This document shows positions 59,937 through 64,000 of a stretch of DNA of 64,000 nucleotides, piece after piece. Positions within the stretch are counted from its first letter, which is position 1, and every line of letters starts with the position of its first letter. A program made the translations under genes and the position numbers. The stretch lies in assembly GCA_038087875.1 (NCBI GenBank), contig JAXLNO010000656.1:1-64000 (forward strand), given 5' to 3'. The DNA comes from Malacoraja senta (Eukaryota). The notes under the pieces were generated by a model. The model did no database searches. It was not told the DNA's origin and saw only the letters and a list, made by a program, of their open reading frames with translations.

Positions 59937-62900
59937 AATAGTAAGATTAAACGAGAACTTACCAGTTTGAAGTTTGATCTTTATTTTATGAGGAGTTACG
60001 TTGGTGATTACGTGAAGAAGACCCGTCAGGGCGCATGTGCGTCAATCTTCAAAGCAGCGGTATGAAATCACAGACAACACAATAATTGAAGTAACATATT
60101 AAGATGAGGAACATGAGAACTACCATTATGACCTTTTTTCTATGAGAGAGGGTTGGGCGTGGCGGGCACGTAATCACCAACGTAACTCCTCATAAAATAA
60201 AGATCAAACTTCAAACTGGTAAGTTCTCGTTTAATCTTACTATTTTACTTCGGAGTCACGTGAGTGACTACGTGAAGATTTCAAAGCTCTGTGATTTTTA
60301 TGCCGCAGATCATAAACCCCGGCTTCTCACTGCATCAATTGACTCTGAGTATCATCAATAATGCTGTAAACATGACATTGAATATCATGCAAAAAAACAG
60401 TTTTATTTTTGGTCATAAACAAACAATAACCCTCTTAATTTAGGGGCAACAAACGAAACAGAATTAAACTGTACTGAAAAACAGACTTTAAACAATAGCA
60501 ACAGCACTCAATATTGAGTTGGCAAACAGCCCTCCATCGGCAATTGGCCGATGGTAGTATTGCTGAAACACAAGTTCATTTTTCCAACCTGCGGCTTTTA
60601 ATATATGGTCGATGGGAACGTCCATCACCCTGGCTGCGGATGTTGCTACTGCGCTAGTAGAATGAGATGTAAACACATAAATGTTAATTCCTGCCTGAAC
60701 CAACTCTTGCTTTAACCACCTTGAGATAGTCTGAACTGCCACTCTTTTATTTTGGCTTCTTGTAACTGACAAATGATCCTGTTTCTTGTCTTAAAGCCCT
60801 TGTGGCTTCAATGTAATGTAACAAATGTGTCCTTACACATAAACATGGATCTGTAGGATATGCTGAGAACACAATCTTAAATCCTGTCACACCTGGCCTG
60901 CTTTGTTTGAGCAGATCATAAATATAAAATATAACATTCTCTGTAGTCACTTCCATTCTATCTAACTGAAGTTTTTGCCAAGTCTGCACTCTCTGTGCTG
61001 ACACCAATGCCATTAGCATAGCCAATTTCATGGTTAATTTTAACAAAGTTATAGACGTGACAGGGACCTAATGACGAAGCATATTCAGAACAACGCTTAC
61101 ATCGCAGATTACCATATACCTAGGCTTAGGCGGTTTGGAATTAAAGATTCTTTTCATCAACCTAGATATGAGAGGGTGAGAACCTATACTTTGTGTCCGT
61201 GTACCTATTAGAAGATATGCTGACAAAGCACTTCTAGCTGTATTGATAGCACTATAGCTAAGACCCTCATCATAATAAAGTGTAGATAAAACTCTAACAT
61301 TTTCAATAACTACAGTATCATATTGAATATTCTTTTGAACACAATATTGTTCCCATTTAATATTTTTTTTTTTTTACATGTCATATACTGCTTTTGAGTA
61401 CTCTTTCTCCAGGCTGAAGTGAGCATATCCACCGTTGGCCTAGCAAGCCCTCGACCAATGTAAGGCATTCTTAAAACCTGCAAATTAACAGATCAATACG
61501 ATCACATAACGGATGAACTTAACGCGTTACTGGATGCTCCAGCAAATTCCTATTGTTTGGAATCAGCAAAAGGAGGTTGGATCGCTATCTGTAACATCAA
61601 AGGGAATCGGGCAATTTGGTATCGCCAAAACCCCTGAAGCGGCATCCTGCTTGATTTTCCAAACACCGACCTATGAGGCAGAATGGTGGGAAAATGTACA
61701 CAAACACATCATCCCAATTTAGTGAAAAACATCAATTGCGACTGCCCCTGGATCTGGTTCCCATGAAACATATTTTGGCATTCCATATAGAAGTACTATG
61801 TTCTTGAACACATCCTGGTTCAACATCCACTCTATTATCACGGAATTTTCGTGACCTGGCATCTGCTACTACATTAAGTTTCCCTGGCAGATAGATAGCT
61901 CCAATCCAAATATCTCTATCCATACTCCAGGTCCAATTTTATTTGCCAACCTGTCACATGATAACGATTTGATTCCACCCATGTGATTCCTATAAGCAAC
62001 TGCTGTAGTGTTGTCTATTTGGCACTGCATATGTAAACTTAGTTTTGTTAGTGCCATAAGCCTTGAGTCCATAAATACTCCTGGTTAATTCCCCATGTTT
62101 CCAGAAGCAATGTCCATCTGTCTCCACAGCTGGATCTTGTATCAGTAGCACCCCACCCAAGTGCTCTGACATCTGTCTGCAAAATGATGGAAGCTTGGTC
62201 CAATAACACTTTGGAACTACTAGTGGACACATGCTGAATCCACCATTGTACATCAGCAACAGCCTCTATTGATAGAAGCATAGGGCTATTATAATGACCC
62301 TAATGTATCCTCAGTGCTTGTTCCTTTGACCTTTGTAATTGTAAATAATGTGGCCACTATTGAACTGCTGGAAATGCTCCCACCAATTTCCCCAGCAGAC
62401 TCGTCACCTGGCTAATTGAAGGCTGTGTGTCAGCAATTAACTTGATACAGCTCTCAATTAGCTCTACCCTTTTTTGCCTTGGCAAGGTCACAATCATGTT
62501 GATTGAGTCTATTGTGAAAACCAAATAGTCAATTTGTGTCACAGGTATTAATTTAGATTCCTCTGGATAGTTTATGAAGCCCAATTTTTTAAAAAGTGTT
62601 TTTTACCAACTGCCCCTGATGCTTCAGCTGTTTCCTTTGATTGTCCTACAATCAAGATATTAAGTAGATAAGCCATGAGCACATGCCCTTGACTTCTCAT
62701 CATGCCTAGAATAGGTTTTAACAACTTTGTAATCGCTCTAGGAGCTGAAGACAAATCATTAGGCAGTGCATTGTATTGCCATAATTACCCCATCCAGCTG
62801 AATTTTAAATCTTCTATCCTGCAAATGAAAAGACACTGAATCCGCATCTTTAAGATCTCCTTCACAAACGTTTCCATCTTAAAATGTCTATACCGTACAA

Positions 62901-64000
62901 AAGGGTTAAGACTATGCAGATCCAGTATAATTCAGCATCCCCCATCCTTTTTTGGTCTGGGAAAGATATTGGACACAAACTGGTGGCTTTGGTAAACTGC
63001 CTTAGCAATTACACCTTTATTACATAAGCTTGCAAGTTCCACCTGAACTTCCAATTGTTCAGTGATACTGAAGTCAAACTCCTTTTTGGAACATGTTGCA
63101 TGGGTAAATCAGAATTTGCATTAAGCTTTATTCGAAACCCTTCAATAACCTTCAGTATAAACATATCTGAGGTAAACATTTAATTGTATCACATTAGACC
63201 TGTCTACATGAGAACCAGACCCACTTACCTCCTTACCACCTGGCATTGTTCCCCGGCCTCGAGCTGGATATCTCACCTTCCCTGGCACTGCTACAGCCGA
63301 ACGGCAACTGCGCTGCATCGTAGCTCGACTCGCCCCTTGCCCGGACCAGTCTCCTCGCTTATCGGGATACTTCCGCTTTGGTGGATATGTGGCTGCTGGC
63401 TGCTTAATCAAGCCCACCGTCTTGGCCTCCTCCTCCAGCTCCTTCACCTGCTTTGCGAAATCCTCGCCAAACAGATTTGCCGGTTGCACTGTGCCAGGCT
63501 GGCAGAGTGAAGCATATTTAGGATTGATGGTTGGTCTAATCGCAGTTTTGCAGAGGCAGTTGATCTCAAAGTGGGCACTCCACAATAGCGCCAGCACCTT
63601 TTGTTGTAATTTTGTCATGGCCTCTCCATCCACCATCCTGGCAAAGCTCGTTATGCCAACTTTAAAATATGCGGAGCTTCACCTCCTCCTGGGCTCTCAT
63701 TTGTATGCCCATCTTGCCCCAAATCTTCCTGTTTCCAACAGGAACTTTTAACAGGCCACAGTTGATTGGGGCTTCATGCTTCCTTACTGTCTCATCCATT
63801 GTCAGCTCCTGTAGCTGATGTGAGACTTGGTAATTTATGCTGGTGGCAAGTTCCTCACCCAGAGGCTCACCAGCGTCCGACGACATGGCAAACCGTACTG
63901 CACACGGTGTCAGCTCTGGCAGCTGCCTGCCCTCCCTTTGGAAGTCGTCGTCGGACTCAGGGTCAGAGCGTTTCTGCCCTTCACTAACTCCTCCAAAGTC
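59937..64000 (-). mobile_element. Second DIRS1-type retrotransposon (5' end beyond the window) with disrupted gag, pol and YR
   Basis: Right terminus 59937-60044; ICR 60167-60278; YR pieces (VSAQRVQT, TISRWLK, FTSHST); MT-like YIFPPFCL; RNase H LQTD...GWGA and IDNTT; gag-like ORF 63142-63636. Confidence 0.93.

Noticed and set aside
29538..64000. Next HHAT exon (YVYIP...YWHGG, containing the catalytic His)
   Set aside because: No matching peptide with splice sites was found by eye or in the ORF track; it is probably beyond the window.

Overview
Eukaryotic vertebrate DNA. The repeat content suggests a cartilaginous fish, probably a skate or ray (inference, not tested). The window is almost entirely intronic sequence of a + strand HHAT (Hedgehog acyltransferase) gene. 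Only two coding exons are visible: 7824-7974 (151 nt) and a 36-nt microexon at 29502-29537. The rest is a densely nested transposon landscape: many CR1 fragments; a full-length L1-clade LINE (48356-55406) interrupted by a second L1; two more truncated L1s; two DIRS1-type tyrosine-recombinase retrotransposons (12061-16813 complete, 59937 to beyond 64000 partial); PIF/Harbinger-type MITEs; Penelope remnants with hammerhead-like motifs; tRNA-derived SINEs; and L2/RTE pieces. The most informative structure is a ~1.27-kb, ~99%-identical tandem duplication (8474-9738 vs 9742-17204). Its first copy keeps the empty sites of an L1 and a DIRS insertion in the second copy. This shows DIRS integration through a 3-bp ATT overlap with its circle junction, and suggests that a coding-dead DIRS was mobilised recently in trans. 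I found no convincing wholly new biological system. The best leads are these DIRS observations and the hammerhead-centred Penelope mini-elements.
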